Positions 30,243-40,708 are shown, counted from the first letter of the stretch. The stretch is DNA of 64,000 nucleotides from Geopsychrobacteraceae bacterium (GCA_963676795.2 CAXXTB010000001.1:96001-160000), one strand, 5' to 3'. The notes: generated by a model not told the origin, from the letters alone. Made by a program: numbers and translations.

Positions 30243-30554
30243 ATGCCGACACAAGTCTTTTTCGGCAGCAACTGCATCATTGACAACAGCCACGCGTTAA
30301 CCGGCTACGGACAAAAAGCGCTGATCGTTACCGGAAGAAACTCGGCGAAGAGCAACGGTTCGCCAGCGGATATCATCAAGGCGTTAAACGACGAGTCGCT
30401 CGACTATATCATCTTCGATAAAGTCATGACCAACCCAACGGTTGAGATCTGTTATGAGGGCGCCGCCTTAGCCAGAGAGCATCAGGCTGTTCGCAACATG
30501 CGTCCTGGCTGGTTATCTGTCCGGAACCTTCGAATAGAGAGATCTTTGCGTTGA
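30243..30554 (+). pseudogene. Truncated iron-containing alcohol dehydrogenase (N-terminal ~80 aa)
   Basis: MPTQVFFG, KALIVTGRNSAKSNG, FDKVMTNPT; similarity stops before the GGGS motif. Confidence 0.75.
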
Positions 30555-30569
30555 AAGTTCTTTGTTCAA

Positions 30570-32033
30570 TCAGCCCGCGATCAGTCGCCAGACCAAGGCG
30601 ACGCAAGCGCAGATGACAATCCCGAAAACGATCGGCATAAATGTCGCAACAACTGTCCACTTCGCGCTCTTGGTCTCTTTCCAGATGGTATAGATGGTCG
30701 TCGAACAGGGATTGTGACAGAGACTGAAGAGCATCAGGCATACGGCTGTCAGTGTCGACCAGCCACCTGCATGTAAAAGCATGACCAGCGATGAGTTGTT
30801 ACTCGCATCGAACATAACGCCAGCACCCTGTTCGCCGACACCCGAAACGCCTGTCACCATGACCGTGAGCATGAGAATTGTCGGGATAACGATCTCGTTA
30901 GCCGGAATCGCGACAATGTAGGCGACCAGGATAACGCCATTTAAGCCGATGACCCAGCCGATCGGATCAAGCCCCTGAACGAGCCATTCGGCAATTGAAA
31001 GCCCGCCAAATTTGATATTGGCGATACTCCAGAGTACGATCCCTGCCGGAGCAGCAAAGACGATAGCGCGCCACAGGACGATCAGGGTCCGGTCGATCAA
31101 TGAGGTATAGAGAGTCCTCAGGATCTGCGGCGGGCGATAAGGGGGCAGCTCCAGACTGAAGGTCGAAGCTTCTCCTTTAAGCACTGTCCGTGACAGCATC
31201 CAGGACGAAAGAAAGGTCAGAAAAACACCGAACAGGGCAACGGCAAGAACCGAACCGGTCGCGACAAGGGTCCCGAAACCTGGAGCGGCAAAAGCGCCGA
31301 GGAAAATGGTCGCCAACAGAATCTGCGTCGGCCAGCGGCCGTTACATAAGGCAAAGTTGTTGGTGATTATGGCGATCAAACGTTCGCGCGGCGAATCGAT
31401 AACCCGGGTTGCCACGATGCCTGCGGCGTTACAGCCCCAGCCCATGCTCATCGTCAGCGCCTGCTTACCGTGAGCGCCGACGCGCTGGAAAAGGTTGTCG
31501 AGGTTGAAGGACACCCGGGGCAGATAACCGAAATCCTCAAGTAATGTGAACAGAGGAAAGAAAATTGCCATCGGCGGCAGCATGACGCTGACCACCCAGG
31601 CGGTCGTCAGATAGAGCCCGTCGACCAGCACTCCAGAAAGCCACCAGGGCAGGTGGAGCAGATCAGAAGCTATGTGCTTTATAAATGGGTGGCCCATATC
31701 GAGCAGGATGGTCGCCAGCCAGCCGGAAGGAACGTTAGCGCCGGCAATCGTCAGCCACAGGACGATCGCCAGAATCAGCACCATGGTCGGGAAGCCGGTC
31801 CAGCGATTGGTCAGAAACCAGTCGAGGCGCCGTTCCCACGACAGCCGGTGAGAAACCCCGCTCTGATCGAGATTTCTTGATGCGATGCGGTTCGATTCGG
31901 CATAGACATCTTCGATCCAGCGATCACGGACGCCGGGCGGCAACCCCAAGCGCAGTTTCTCCGCATTCTTGACAATATCTTCACCAGTCATAGTTTCTCT
32001 GACCGTTTCTTTCATCGGTTCAGGATGCGGCAT
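30570..32033 (-). CDS. feoB: Ferrous iron transporter FeoB, membrane (Gate) part
   Basis: LEDFGYLPR, GWGCN, LELPPYRPP, PANEIVIP, HNPCSTT. Confidence 0.9.
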   Translation of the reverse strand: MPHPEPMKETVRETMTGEDIVKNAEKLRLGLPPGVRDRWIEDVYAESNRIASRNLDQSGVSHRLSWERRLDWFLTNRWTGFPTMVLILAIVLWLTIAGANVPSGWLATILLDMGHPFIKHIASDLLHLPWWLSGVLVDGLYLTTAWVVSVMLPPMAIFFPLFTLLEDFGYLPRVSFNLDNLFQRVGAHGKQALTMSMGWGCNAAGIVATRVIDSPRERLIAIITNNFALCNGRWPTQILLATIFLGAFAAPGFGTLVATGSVLAVALFGVFLTFLSSWMLSRTVLKGEASTFSLELPPYRPPQILRTLYTSLIDRTLIVLWRAIVFAAPAGIVLWSIANIKFGGLSIAEWLVQGLDPIGWVIGLNGVILVAYIVAIPANEIVIPTILMLTVMVTGVSGVGEQGAGVMFDASNNSSLVMLLHAGGWSTLTAVCLMLFSLCHNPCSTTIYTIWKETKSAKWTVVATFMPIVFGIVICACVALVWRLIAG

Positions 32034-32811
32034 GGTCGGCAGCCAGGTTCCCTATGGCTCCGGAAGCGACTGCTTCGATAATCTGTGGATCGCCTTCAAG
32101 AAGACGCATGGCGATCCATTCACGGTGCGGAACATTAGGATAGGCCGCTTCGAGCTCCGCGGTAATCTGCTCCATCGCTTCACGCAAACCGGGAACCTCA
32201 TATTTGAGTTTCTGTGGTGTGGTCAGTGTCGTGCCGCTGGCCATGTTGCCGATTTCCTCAAGCAGTCGGTCTATCCCCACCCCCTGACGAGCGGCAGAGA
32301 GAACGACGGGCACCCCCAGGTCACGGGCCAGACCACGATCATCGACGGTAATCCCATGAGCCTTGGCCTCATCGATCAGGTTGACACAAACAACAACCCG
32401 ATGACTGATCTGCAGAACCTGAAGAGCCAGATTGAGATTGCGCTCGAGGCGGGTGGCATCGATGACGACAACAGTTACGTCGGGTCGGCCGAAAAGGATG
32501 AAATCGCGGGCGACCTCCTCATCATCGGTGGCCGAAAGCAATGAATAGGTGCCCGGCAGATCGACAATCTTGTATCTCTTTCCATCAAGAGAAAATCCCC
32601 CTTCTGCGCGGGCGATGGTTTTTCCCGGCCAGTTTCCGGTATGCTGATGAAGGCCGGTAAGCGCATTGAAAATGGTACTTTTGCCTGTATTCGGATTTCC
32701 CGCCAGGGCGATGACATAATCGCTCTGACCCAGTCGCATGCCGAGCTTCTCCAACTTGGAAACGGACGCGACCGGACAGCTGGCACAGGACGATGTACAG
32801 TTTTCAGCCAT
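32020..32811 (-). CDS. feoB: FeoB GTPase domain as a separate polypeptide
   Basis: GNPNTGKST, GNWPGKT, DLPGTYSL, NLID; N-terminal CxxxCxxC. Confidence 0.9.
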   Translation of the reverse strand: MAENCTSSCASCPVASVSKLEKLGMRLGQSDYVIALAGNPNTGKSTIFNALTGLHQHTGNWPGKTIARAEGGFSLDGKRYKIVDLPGTYSLLSATDDEEVARDFILFGRPDVTVVVIDATRLERNLNLALQVLQISHRVVVCVNLIDEAKAHGITVDDRGLARDLGVPVVLSAARQGVGIDRLLEEIGNMASGTTLTTPQKLKYEVPGLREAMEQITAELEAAYPNVPHREWIAMRLLEGDPQIIEAVASGAIGNLAADHAAS

Positions 32812-33721
32812 TTTTATCATCCTTCAGTTTACGAATCAGCACCCGGTCTGCCTGTTCCCGGCGCAGGGCAATTGAAGCCCCGCGGACGCGATATGCTGTC
32901 GGGCTGCCGGAGGGGCTGACAAGATCAATCGAGATATCGGTCTTTGGCACAAAGCCAAGATCGAGTAGGCGATTGCGTTCCAGTCCGCGGCAGAGTGGAG
33001 ACAGACGGACAATCGCAGCATGTTCGTCATCTTTTAAACTGGAAAGGCGAGCCAACGATTCATCATAACTTTCCCCTTCGGCCAGTGGCACGACGGTGAT
33101 TTGCCGCGCAACAGCCAGAGACAGGCTGAACTCACAGCCCTCAATGGCAACCCTGAACAGCTGCTCATCCTGAGCAATAACCCGCAAGACGCTTAACGGC
33201 GCGATGCTGGCAGCAGCGATCTGGGCGTAGAGTTGGGGAGGCTCGTCCTCGACATGGACAACGCGACCTTCCCAGCCGACACAGTAATTGGTCAGCTGTT
33301 GCCCGACTTTCGGCGGCATAAGACCGGACGCGGTCGGAATCGGGTCGCCATGCGGGTCAAAACGCGGATAGTCCAGTTCTCGATCGAGTCTATCGACATC
33401 AGCAGGCGTCAGCTTGTGTTCCTCGATATGGGCCTGCTCATGCCACTTGCTCTCATGCACCCCGGTCTTACTCGCCAGATAGGTTTCGTACAGACGGTGA
33501 GCACGTAAAACATGCAGAGCATATTCCTGGCCTGTGGCCGTCAGTTTCAGCGATCCCGGTCCAATCAGCTCTGCTGTTTCCAGATCACTGAGCAGACTGT
33601 CAGCTTCAGCCTGGGCAAGGGCCAGTTCAGCAGCCACGGATTCTCGCGAAACTGGGCATTTTTCATACTCGTTGTTAGCGAGATACTTGAGCGTATCCTG
33701 TATCAGTATTTGTTCTCTCAT
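32804..33721 (-). CDS. DtxR/MntR-family metal regulator fused to FeoA domains
   Basis: HRLYETYL, AHIEEH, DPHGDPIP, then two SH3-like FeoA domains (RLLDLGFVP, IALRREQA). Confidence 0.85.
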   Translation of the reverse strand: MREQILIQDTLKYLANNEYEKCPVSRESVAAELALAQAEADSLLSDLETAELIGPGSLKLTATGQEYALHVLRAHRLYETYLASKTGVHESKWHEQAHIEEHKLTPADVDRLDRELDYPRFDPHGDPIPTASGLMPPKVGQQLTNYCVGWEGRVVHVEDEPPQLYAQIAAASIAPLSVLRVIAQDEQLFRVAIEGCEFSLSLAVARQITVVPLAEGESYDESLARLSSLKDDEHAAIVRLSPLCRGLERNRLLDLGFVPKTDISIDLVSPSGSPTAYRVRGASIALRREQADRVLIRKLKDDKNG

Positions 33722-33852
33722 AAATCTCAGCTTACCAGAATCATCAGGGAAAAACACTGGTTGGAAGGGCTTTAATAAATTTCTATCAACAGATTCCGGG
33801 AAGGAATCCCGCGTAAAATTACCAGAAGGCTGACAAAAACTATTTTCAAGCG

Positions 33853-34608
33853 TCAGATCAACGACACCACCGCCTGCCAGATCAATCTCAGTGCCATCAG
33901 CGACAGCACGATTTTGAAGATCCGCCCGAAGTTGTGATCCGACATGCGGCGCAGAAGTTTGAGGCCGATAAAGGTGCCGATAGCGCCGCTGCAGATCATC
34001 GCGATCAGCAGTGGCAACCAGGGAATCAGATTGAACCCGGCGTTCTGAAAAACCACAATCTTACAGATATGCTGTAACGACATCGCCGCGGCAAAGGTGG
34101 CAACGGTTTTGAAACGGTCACTATGCAGCTGCTTGATAAAGGCTGCAACAATGGGGCCTGAGGCTCCGACAAACAGGGCCAGAAAGGTCGTTCCGCCACC
34201 GGCAACAACCGTCCCGAATTTTCCCAGAATCATCTTCGGCAGTTGCGGTCCCCAGCACAGGTAAAGGATAAAAAGGGCGATGCTCAGATACATTGCAAGC
34301 GGCGGAAGCGCGACCAGGACATACTGCCCGAAAAACGAACCGATGATCGCCCCGAGTAGATAGAGTCCAATAAACTTCCAGTCGATATGCCTGAAGCTCA
34401 AGGTTGCCCGCCCCGCATTGGAGCCGAGCTGCACCACCCCGTGAAGCGGAATAATCAACTGCGGGGGAAGCAGCTGGGCCATCAGCCCAAGTAGCATGAC
34501 ACCACCACCGGCACCGAGGCTGGCGGTCATCAACGAGGTCAGCAAAGAGACACTGATCAGGAAGATTCCGACAACTGGCGAGATTCCGTTAAAAAACGAT
34601 TCGAACAT
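33853..34608 (-). CDS. TauE/SafE family sulfite exporter-like membrane protein
   Basis: LGAGGG, IPLHGVVQLGSN, VGASGP; about 8 TM helices. Confidence 0.85.
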   Translation of the reverse strand: MFESFFNGISPVVGIFLISVSLLTSLMTASLGAGGGVMLLGLMAQLLPPQLIIPLHGVVQLGSNAGRATLSFRHIDWKFIGLYLLGAIIGSFFGQYVLVALPPLAMYLSIALFILYLCWGPQLPKMILGKFGTVVAGGGTTFLALFVGASGPIVAAFIKQLHSDRFKTVATFAAAMSLQHICKIVVFQNAGFNLIPWLPLLIAMICSGAIGTFIGLKLLRRMSDHNFGRIFKIVLSLMALRLIWQAVVSLI

Positions 34609-34765
34609 ACTAGCGCTTCCCGGAAGAGTCAAAAAAGCCACATTCCATCAATATATCGGAATATAGCCACCTATTTACTGGCCGTCAATCAAGCCTGATG
34701 ACAATATAGCCTGGCAGGTAAAATCTTGTTCATACAGCTGCCGACTGATCAGTTTCTGTGGTCAG

Positions 34766-37342
34766 CTAACGGCTGATAATCCCTTTCATCCCGCCACTGG
34801 TCAGAGCAGCGATATTCAACAGCACCTGCGGAAAGGAGAGTCCACCGGGGCAGGCGATATAGCGCGGTTCCCAGAGCGGATCAAACTTTTCCTTATAGGC
34901 GCGCAGCCCCTCAAAATTATAGAAATGCTCCCCCTGATTGTAGATGAATGCGCCGACCTTATGCCAGAGGGGGGCAAAAGGACGATTTTCGAGACCGGAA
35001 AGAGGTGCCATACCCAGATCAAAACAACTATAGCCCTGTTCCCTGGCCCAAAGGATCAGTTCGATAAACAGGTAATCCATAATCCCGTTTGGGCTGTCGG
35101 GACGATAACGCATCAGGTCGATGGCAATCTCTTTTTTCCCCGCCCCAGGCCACAGGTTGACGAAAGCGACAATCTGCTCTCCCTGACGAACCAGGGCGGC
35201 CGGAAAGTGCCGCAGGAACTTTTCGTCGAAACAGCCGAGGGAAAACCCTTTTTCCCGGACATTCTTGGTTGCCAGCCAGCTGTCGGAAATCTCTTTCAGA
35301 TCCGGCAGAAGAGCTCCTACAGCTTCTGCTTCGACCACCTCAAAGCGGTAACCTTCATTCTCCATCTTGCGCAGGGTCGTACGCATATTGCCGCGCCGTT
35401 TCCCTTCCATGGAAAAACCGGCCAGATCGACTTTGGCGGTCTCGCCAAACTTGAACAGAGCCAGCCCCATATCAAGGTAGAGGTGAAGCAGTTCCGGGCC
35501 GACTTCGTAGAAGATCGTCTGCCCGCCATGCTCTTCAACCATTTCGCGAAACTGCCAGGCCAGATCACGGGCAACCGTGGGTTCCGCAACCGGATCGCCC
35601 ATTGAAACCCAGGATTTTTTTTCTACTCCGTACATAATGAAACCATCTTTTCCGGGAGAAAAAAGCAGCGATTTATCCCCCATAAAAGCGAGATTAGCCA
35701 TGGCATTACCCTTCTCACCGACAACCAGAGCCGCCTGTGCAAGGGCTTCAGCGTCCGGCAGATCCGGATTCACGGCAGCCGGTTTAAGAAGGCGCGCCAG
35801 AGCGTAGAGCAGCAACAGAATCCCGCTGCCGACAGCCGCCCGCAGAAAACGAGAGGCTTCGCCGCGAAAGGAAAAATGCCACCAGAGTTCATGACTGTAG
35901 TCGACATGCTTGTAGGCAAAGAGCCCGAGCCAGGCCGAACAGAGCAGCACGATCAGGATACTGGCAATCCAACCGGCACTGAAGGTTTCGGCGAACAGTG
36001 AAGATTTGCGGAAAAAGTAACTGCGGCACGGCCACAACACGGCCAGCAGCACCAGCAACAGGATCGCTTCCTCGTAGTCCCCCCCCTTGAGCAGAGAAAA
36101 AAGCACCGCAACGGCAAGCAGGATCAGCGTCAGAAGATAGGCCGCATCAAGACGGCGTTGCAGGCCACGCGCCAGGAGCAGCAAAATGGCGCCAATCAGG
36201 CTGCCAAAAAAGTGAGAGATTTCAACAACCGGCAATGGCATGAATTCATGCAGCCAGTGCATCCGTTCGGGCACCGACGGTGTTGCCCCTGAAAAGAGCA
36301 GGATCGCCCCGGCGACGAAGATTGAAACGGCCAGCAACTGGGGAACCAGCAGACTTCCCCAGCCGCTGACCACCCTGACGACCCGGCTGACACCGGAGCG
36401 GCGCTGATAGAGTTCATGACCGACCATCATCACCGTCGCACAGCACAGAGGCAACAGGTAGTAAATGGCCCGATAGAGCAGCAGGGCGCCAAGTAACTGC
36501 GAGGCCGGAATCCCCGGCAACATCAGCAGCATCAGCGACTCAAAAACGCCTAAACCGCCGGGGACGTGGCTGATCAGCGCAACCAGCTGAACAAGCAGGA
36601 AAACCCCGAGAAAATGAAACAGCGAGATATCGCTGTATGTCCCGACCAGCACATAGAGGACGCTGCCGGCCAGCAGCCAGTCGGCGATTCCGGCAACCAG
36701 CTGGGCGAGCCCCAGCGGCAGTGTGGGCAGTTCAAATTCCCGGCTGGCAACCCTGATCGTATCGCGCTTCAACCCGAGCAGCAGCAGGTAACCAAGACAG
36801 ATCAGCAGGCACACCCAGCCCAGCGGATGAGCGGAATGAAACGGGAGATGAAGCGAAGCGGGCAAGGCGAGTGGTTCACCGATAAAGACGATGGCGGCAA
36901 CGGCCAGCAGCCCCAGCCAGAAGGAGGTTACGGTAAAACCGACCAGCTTGAGGATCTTCTCCCCGGCCAGCCCCCAGCTGGAATAAAACCGGTAGCGCAC
37001 CGAGGTGGCCATCAGCAACGACAGGCCAATGGTATTGCCAACGGCATAACTGACAAAGGAGGCCAGCATGACCTTGCCGGGAGCCAGTTTTTCGCACAGG
37101 TAACGAACCGCCATCAGATCGTAGCTGGTCAGCACCAGATAGCTGACAGCGGTCAAAACCAGGGCAGCCAGCAAGCGGCTGCCGGGCACGACATGAACTT
37201 CCCTGACGATATCCTGATAATGGAATGAGCCCAAAGTATGATGGAGAAGCCAGAGCGCCAGGCCAAAAATGACCAGTGCTGCAACAGCCCATAAGCTCCG
37301 CTTGAGGGTTTGCATCGCCGATTCCTGTTGATGAGAAGTCAT
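34766..37342 (-). CDS. mprF: Bifunctional aminoacyl-phosphatidylglycerol flippase/synthase
   Basis: SHVPGGLGVFE, YRAIYY flippase region; GDP, EKGFSLG, DLMR, GMAPLSG, FYNFEGLRAYKEKF synthase region. Confidence 0.95.
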   Translation of the reverse strand: MTSHQQESAMQTLKRSLWAVAALVIFGLALWLLHHTLGSFHYQDIVREVHVVPGSRLLAALVLTAVSYLVLTSYDLMAVRYLCEKLAPGKVMLASFVSYAVGNTIGLSLLMATSVRYRFYSSWGLAGEKILKLVGFTVTSFWLGLLAVAAIVFIGEPLALPASLHLPFHSAHPLGWVCLLICLGYLLLLGLKRDTIRVASREFELPTLPLGLAQLVAGIADWLLAGSVLYVLVGTYSDISLFHFLGVFLLVQLVALISHVPGGLGVFESLMLLMLPGIPASQLLGALLLYRAIYYLLPLCCATVMMVGHELYQRRSGVSRVVRVVSGWGSLLVPQLLAVSIFVAGAILLFSGATPSVPERMHWLHEFMPLPVVEISHFFGSLIGAILLLLARGLQRRLDAAYLLTLILLAVAVLFSLLKGGDYEEAILLLVLLAVLWPCRSYFFRKSSLFAETFSAGWIASILIVLLCSAWLGLFAYKHVDYSHELWWHFSFRGEASRFLRAAVGSGILLLLYALARLLKPAAVNPDLPDAEALAQAALVVGEKGNAMANLAFMGDKSLLFSPGKDGFIMYGVEKKSWVSMGDPVAEPTVARDLAWQFREMVEEHGGQTIFYEVGPELLHLYLDMGLALFKFGETAKVDLAGFSMEGKRRGNMRTTLRKMENEGYRFEVVEAEAVGALLPDLKEISDSWLATKNVREKGFSLGCFDEKFLRHFPAALVRQGEQIVAFVNLWPGAGKKEIAIDLMRYRPDSPNGIMDYLFIELILWAREQGYSCFDLGMAPLSGLENRPFAPLWHKVGAFIYNQGEHFYNFEGLRAYKEKFDPLWEPRYIACPGGLSFPQVLLNIAALTSGGMKGIISR

Positions 37343-37512
37343 GCCGTCTCCCCGAACAGAGGGAAACCTTCAACAATTAACAGAAGAGATCAGCAGAAAG
37401 CAAATATTGAGACGGAAATCAGCAAGAAAAGTAGCCCTTGACCTCTGTCCGGTCGAGGCGTATGTAGATGCGGCACAGTATTCCACCAAGATTTCGACAG
37501 AGCTTATTCTAG

Positions 37513-38432
37513 ATGATAGTCACCAAACGGCCATCCGGCCTGCGCCTTATTTGCATGTATCGCGGCACCATTCTGCAGGCGATCAAAACCAAGGTTCTGG
37601 TCACCTTCATCATTGCCATCGCCGTCACCTCGAGCCACGCTAAACTCTACCACCTGAAGATCACCATGACCAGCGTCCCGTTCAACCTGATCGGCCTGGC
37701 CCTGGCGATCTTTCTAGGCTTTCGCAACAACGCCTGCCACGACCGCTTCTGGGAGGGACGCAAGCTGGGGGATGCTAGTCATCGTCACCCGCAACCTGAC
37801 CCGTCAGATCCTCACCCTGATCGATAGCGACAAAACGCATACCAAGCACACCCCGCTGCAGCAGCGCATGGTCTATCAGATCATCGCCTTCAGCCATACC
37901 CTGCGCCACCACCTGCGCGACAGCCGCGATTTCCCTGAGATTCAACCCTTTCTTGCCGCTAACGAACAACAGGCTGTAGAAAGCGCCTTTAACCGCCCCA
38001 ACCGTATCCTCAGTAACCTCGGCGACAACCTGCGCTGTGCCCTGAGTGAAAAGAGCATCGATCCGTTTCTGCTGCCAGAACATCGACCAGCTCGGCGTCA
38101 TCCTCGGTGCCTGCGAGCGGATCAAGAACACGCCGATCCCCTTTACCTACACGGTACTGCTCCACCGCACCGCTTACCTCTACTGTTTCCTGCTCCCCTT
38201 CGGCCTGGTCGACAGCCTGGGGTTCATGACTCCCTTTGTCGTCGCCATCATCGCCTACACCTTCTTCGGCCTCGATGCCCTGGGCGATGAGATCGAAGAG
38301 CCGTTCAGCCTCTGTGCCAACGACCTGCCGCTCAGCGCCCTGTCAACCACCATCGAACGCGACCTACGCGCCGCCCTGGGCGAAACCGACCTGCCGCCGG
38401 TGGCTATGCCGATTGACAAAAGACTTTATTAA
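37513..38432 (+). pseudogene. Bestrophin (YneE-like) family gene with two frameshifts
   Basis: LAIFLGFRNN..DRFWEGRKL, then CERIKNTPIPF and EIEEPF..NDLPL in three different frames; shifts near 37768 and 38080. Confidence 0.85.
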
Positions 38433-38436
38433 AGAC

Positions 38437-38474
38437 AAAAAAAGCGCCATTCCGATTTACGGAATGGCGCTTTT
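38437..38474. terminator. Bidirectional intrinsic terminator
   Basis: AAAAGCGCCATTCCG-ATTTA-CGGAATGGCGCTTTT between convergent genes. Confidence 0.85.
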
Positions 38475-38492
38475 AGCTAACTGGCGACCTGT

Positions 38493-38996
38493 TTAAGCGA
38501 GGATCTCGTCGACAACAAAATCGACGATCACCTCTGGATCATTCAGATCGAGCAGTGGGACATCAAGCTGCAGATCGCTGTCATCACTAGCAACAGCGAT
38601 AACGTTGGCGTAGGGGGTATCGGTGGTGCCGTAGAGCAGTTCGCCGTGGCCGCTGCGATGGACCTCGATCTTCGGTACCGTGCTGTTTTTGAACCCTTCG
38701 ATGACGACGATGTCGACATCGGGGAAGTAACCGATCAGCTCTTCGAGGCTCAGTTCCGCCTCGAGCCGTTTCATCAGCGCCAGCTTGGTGCTGGAGGCGA
38801 CCAGTACACTGTCGGCTCCGGCGGCCGTGAAGCGGTAGCTGTCCTTGCCCGGCTTGTCGACCTCGAACTTGTGAGCGTCGTGTTTGATCGCACCGACCCG
38901 GTAGCCGCGCTGTTTGAGCAGACCGATCACCTGCTCGACCAGAGTGGTCTTTCCGGTCCCGGAGAGACGGGCGACAAATGCAATAACCTTTGGCAT
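38493..38996 (-). CDS. mobB: Molybdopterin-guanine dinucleotide biosynthesis protein B
   Basis: SGTGKTT, IKHDAH, DKPGKDS, EGFK. Confidence 0.93.
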   Translation of the reverse strand: MPKVIAFVARLSGTGKTTLVEQVIGLLKQRGYRVGAIKHDAHKFEVDKPGKDSYRFTAAGADSVLVASSTKLALMKRLEAELSLEELIGYFPDVDIVVIEGFKNSTVPKIEVHRSGHGELLYGTTDTPYANVIAVASDDSDLQLDVPLLDLNDPEVIVDFVVDEILA

Positions 38997-39005
38997 TAGT
39001 CGCTA

Positions 39006-39371
39006 TTACTCGCAGGTAATCTCTTGCTTGGTGACTGCTTCCGACTTGACCCGGTCGAGAAGTTCGGCAAGGGTCGCCTTGACGTTTTCGCGGATGTCGC
39101 CAGCCACGATAATATAGAGCAGGTCATCCCCCGGCTTCAGTTCTCCACCGAAAGCCTCGATAGCCACCTTGTAGATGCCCGGGGCTCTCTCGTATTCCTG
39201 GCGCAACTCTTCGATACGCGCATGATCAGGGGTGACGCGCACTTCGGCAACCGGCAGGCCACCTTCGCGGGTTGTACCACGGACGATACCGTTATGGCTG
39301 AGGATCATGCCGACGTTGCGGACAAACTCCGGGTCCTGCTTCCATTCATTGATCTGTTTAGTGATATCCAT
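39006..39371 (-). CDS. moaE: Molybdopterin synthase large subunit-like protein (short form)
   Basis: GMILSHNGIVRG, VAGDIRE, VKSEAVTKQE. Start at ATG 39371 after an AGGAG SD; the longer ORF reads through repeat A. Confidence 0.85.
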   Translation of the reverse strand: MDITKQINEWKQDPEFVRNVGMILSHNGIVRGTTREGGLPVAEVRVTPDHARIEELRQEYERAPGIYKVAIEAFGGELKPGDDLLYIIVAGDIRENVKATLAELLDRVKSEAVTKQEITCE

Positions 39372-39398
39372 TCTTTGTTCTCCTGTCAAAATACAATC

Positions 39399-39455
39399 AC
39401 CCCCCTGCTCGTAAACTCGCTTCCCCCCTATTTTATAGGGGGGACTGAGGGGGGT
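39399..39455. repeat. Family A REP-like repeat, copy 4
   Basis: ACCCCCCTGCTCGTAAACTCGCTTCCCCCCTATTTTATAGGGGGGACTGAGGGGGGT. Confidence 0.9.
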
Positions 39456-39490
39456 CTTAATTTCGTTTCCTGCCTCAAACTTCAAAGCTG

Positions 39491-40708
39491 TTATCCTACC
39501 GCCAGACTGAGTGAAAAGTCGAGCACCAGTGCGGTTTCCTCCGCTGCAAGCCCTTCAGTATCGCCATCGAGGATGACCAGGCCGTCGCACAGCGCCATAT
39601 TGAGAAAGTGCGAGGTCAGCTGACTCTTCAATGGGGTTGCCAGCACCTGATTTCCCTCATAGGCCAGCTTGACGCGGATCATGTCCCAGCGGCCGGTCCG
39701 TCCTTTGAGAGGGGCGGTCAGGGTCACCGGGCGGAACGGGGAACGATAGTCGGCCACACCGCGCAGTTTTTTCAGCACCGGCACCAGATAGGCGAACATG
39801 TTGACCAGAAAGGCGGCCGGATAACCCGGCATGCCGAAGAACAGGCAGTTCCCCTTTTTGGCGGCGATCAGCGGACTGCCCGGCTTGATGCGGGTCTTGT
39901 CGACCAGCAGCTGATAGCCGCTGCGCTGCAGCAGGGGACGGACATAATCGAACTTGCCCATCGACACCCCGCCGGAGGTGACGACCAGATCACTGCTGGC
40001 GGCCAGTTCATCGAGGGTTTGCGCCAGTGCCTCCGGATCGTCGGCGACCGGGCCGACCAGGGTCACCTCGGCACCGAGAGCTTCCAGAGTGTTCTTCACC
40101 AGGGTGCTGTTGCACTCGTAGACCAACCCCTTTTGATGCGGCTCACCGGGGCGCAGCAATTCATTGCCGGTGATCATCACCCCGACGCGCGGCTTGCGGT
40201 AGACCTGAACCTGATCGAGTCCGAGGGAACAGAGCACCGCCTGAGCGATGGCGCCGAGCGGCCGACCTGCTTCGAGAAAGACATCGCCAGCCTGCGCCTC
40301 TTCACCGATAGCGTTGATGTTCTGCTTGTCGCTCAGGGCTTCCTTGATGACCACATAATCGCCGTCGATTTGCGTATTCTCAACCCGCTCAACGGCCAGG
40401 GAGCCATCGGGAACCGTGGCTCCGGTCATGACTGCGGCGGCGGTCATGCCGGCGACCTGCTGCTGAGGCAGGTTCTCGGCACCTAAGACCTCGGTCAATT
40501 TATAACGACCCGGCTCAAGGGCGCCAAAGGCGTAGCCGTCAACGGCACTGCGCCGGGTGTCGGGAAAGGCGCGCGGCGTTGTCACCGTTTCGGCCAGAAT
40601 ATAACCGGTCGCCTCGAGGGCCTTGACCTGCTGCTGATCGATCGGCTCAACAGCATCAAGCAGCACAGCAAGCGCATCCGGATAGGAGAGTTTTTTTGCG
40701 TTCGACAT
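39491..40708 (-). CDS. moeA: Molybdopterin molybdotransferase
   Basis: SAVDGYA, MTGA, TGNEL, SGGVSMGKFD, GMPGYP. Confidence 0.93.
   Translation of the reverse strand: MSNAKKLSYPDALAVLLDAVEPIDQQQVKALEATGYILAETVTTPRAFPDTRRSAVDGYAFGALEPGRYKLTEVLGAENLPQQQVAGMTAAAVMTGATVPDGSLAVERVENTQIDGDYVVIKEALSDKQNINAIGEEAQAGDVFLEAGRPLGAIAQAVLCSLGLDQVQVYRKPRVGVMITGNELLRPGEPHQKGLVYECNSTLVKNTLEALGAEVTLVGPVADDPEALAQTLDELAASSDLVVTSGGVSMGKFDYVRPLLQRSGYQLLVDKTRIKPGSPLIAAKKGNCLFFGMPGYPAAFLVNMFAYLVPVLKKLRGVADYRSPFRPVTLTAPLKGRTGRWDMIRVKLAYEGNQVLATPLKSQLTSHFLNMALCDGLVILDGDTEGLAAEETALVLDFSLSLAVG

Noticed and set aside
39372..39485. N-terminal extension of moaE (TPLSPPYKIGG...)
   Set aside because: It is a translation of repeat family A; the real SD and ATG are at 39371.
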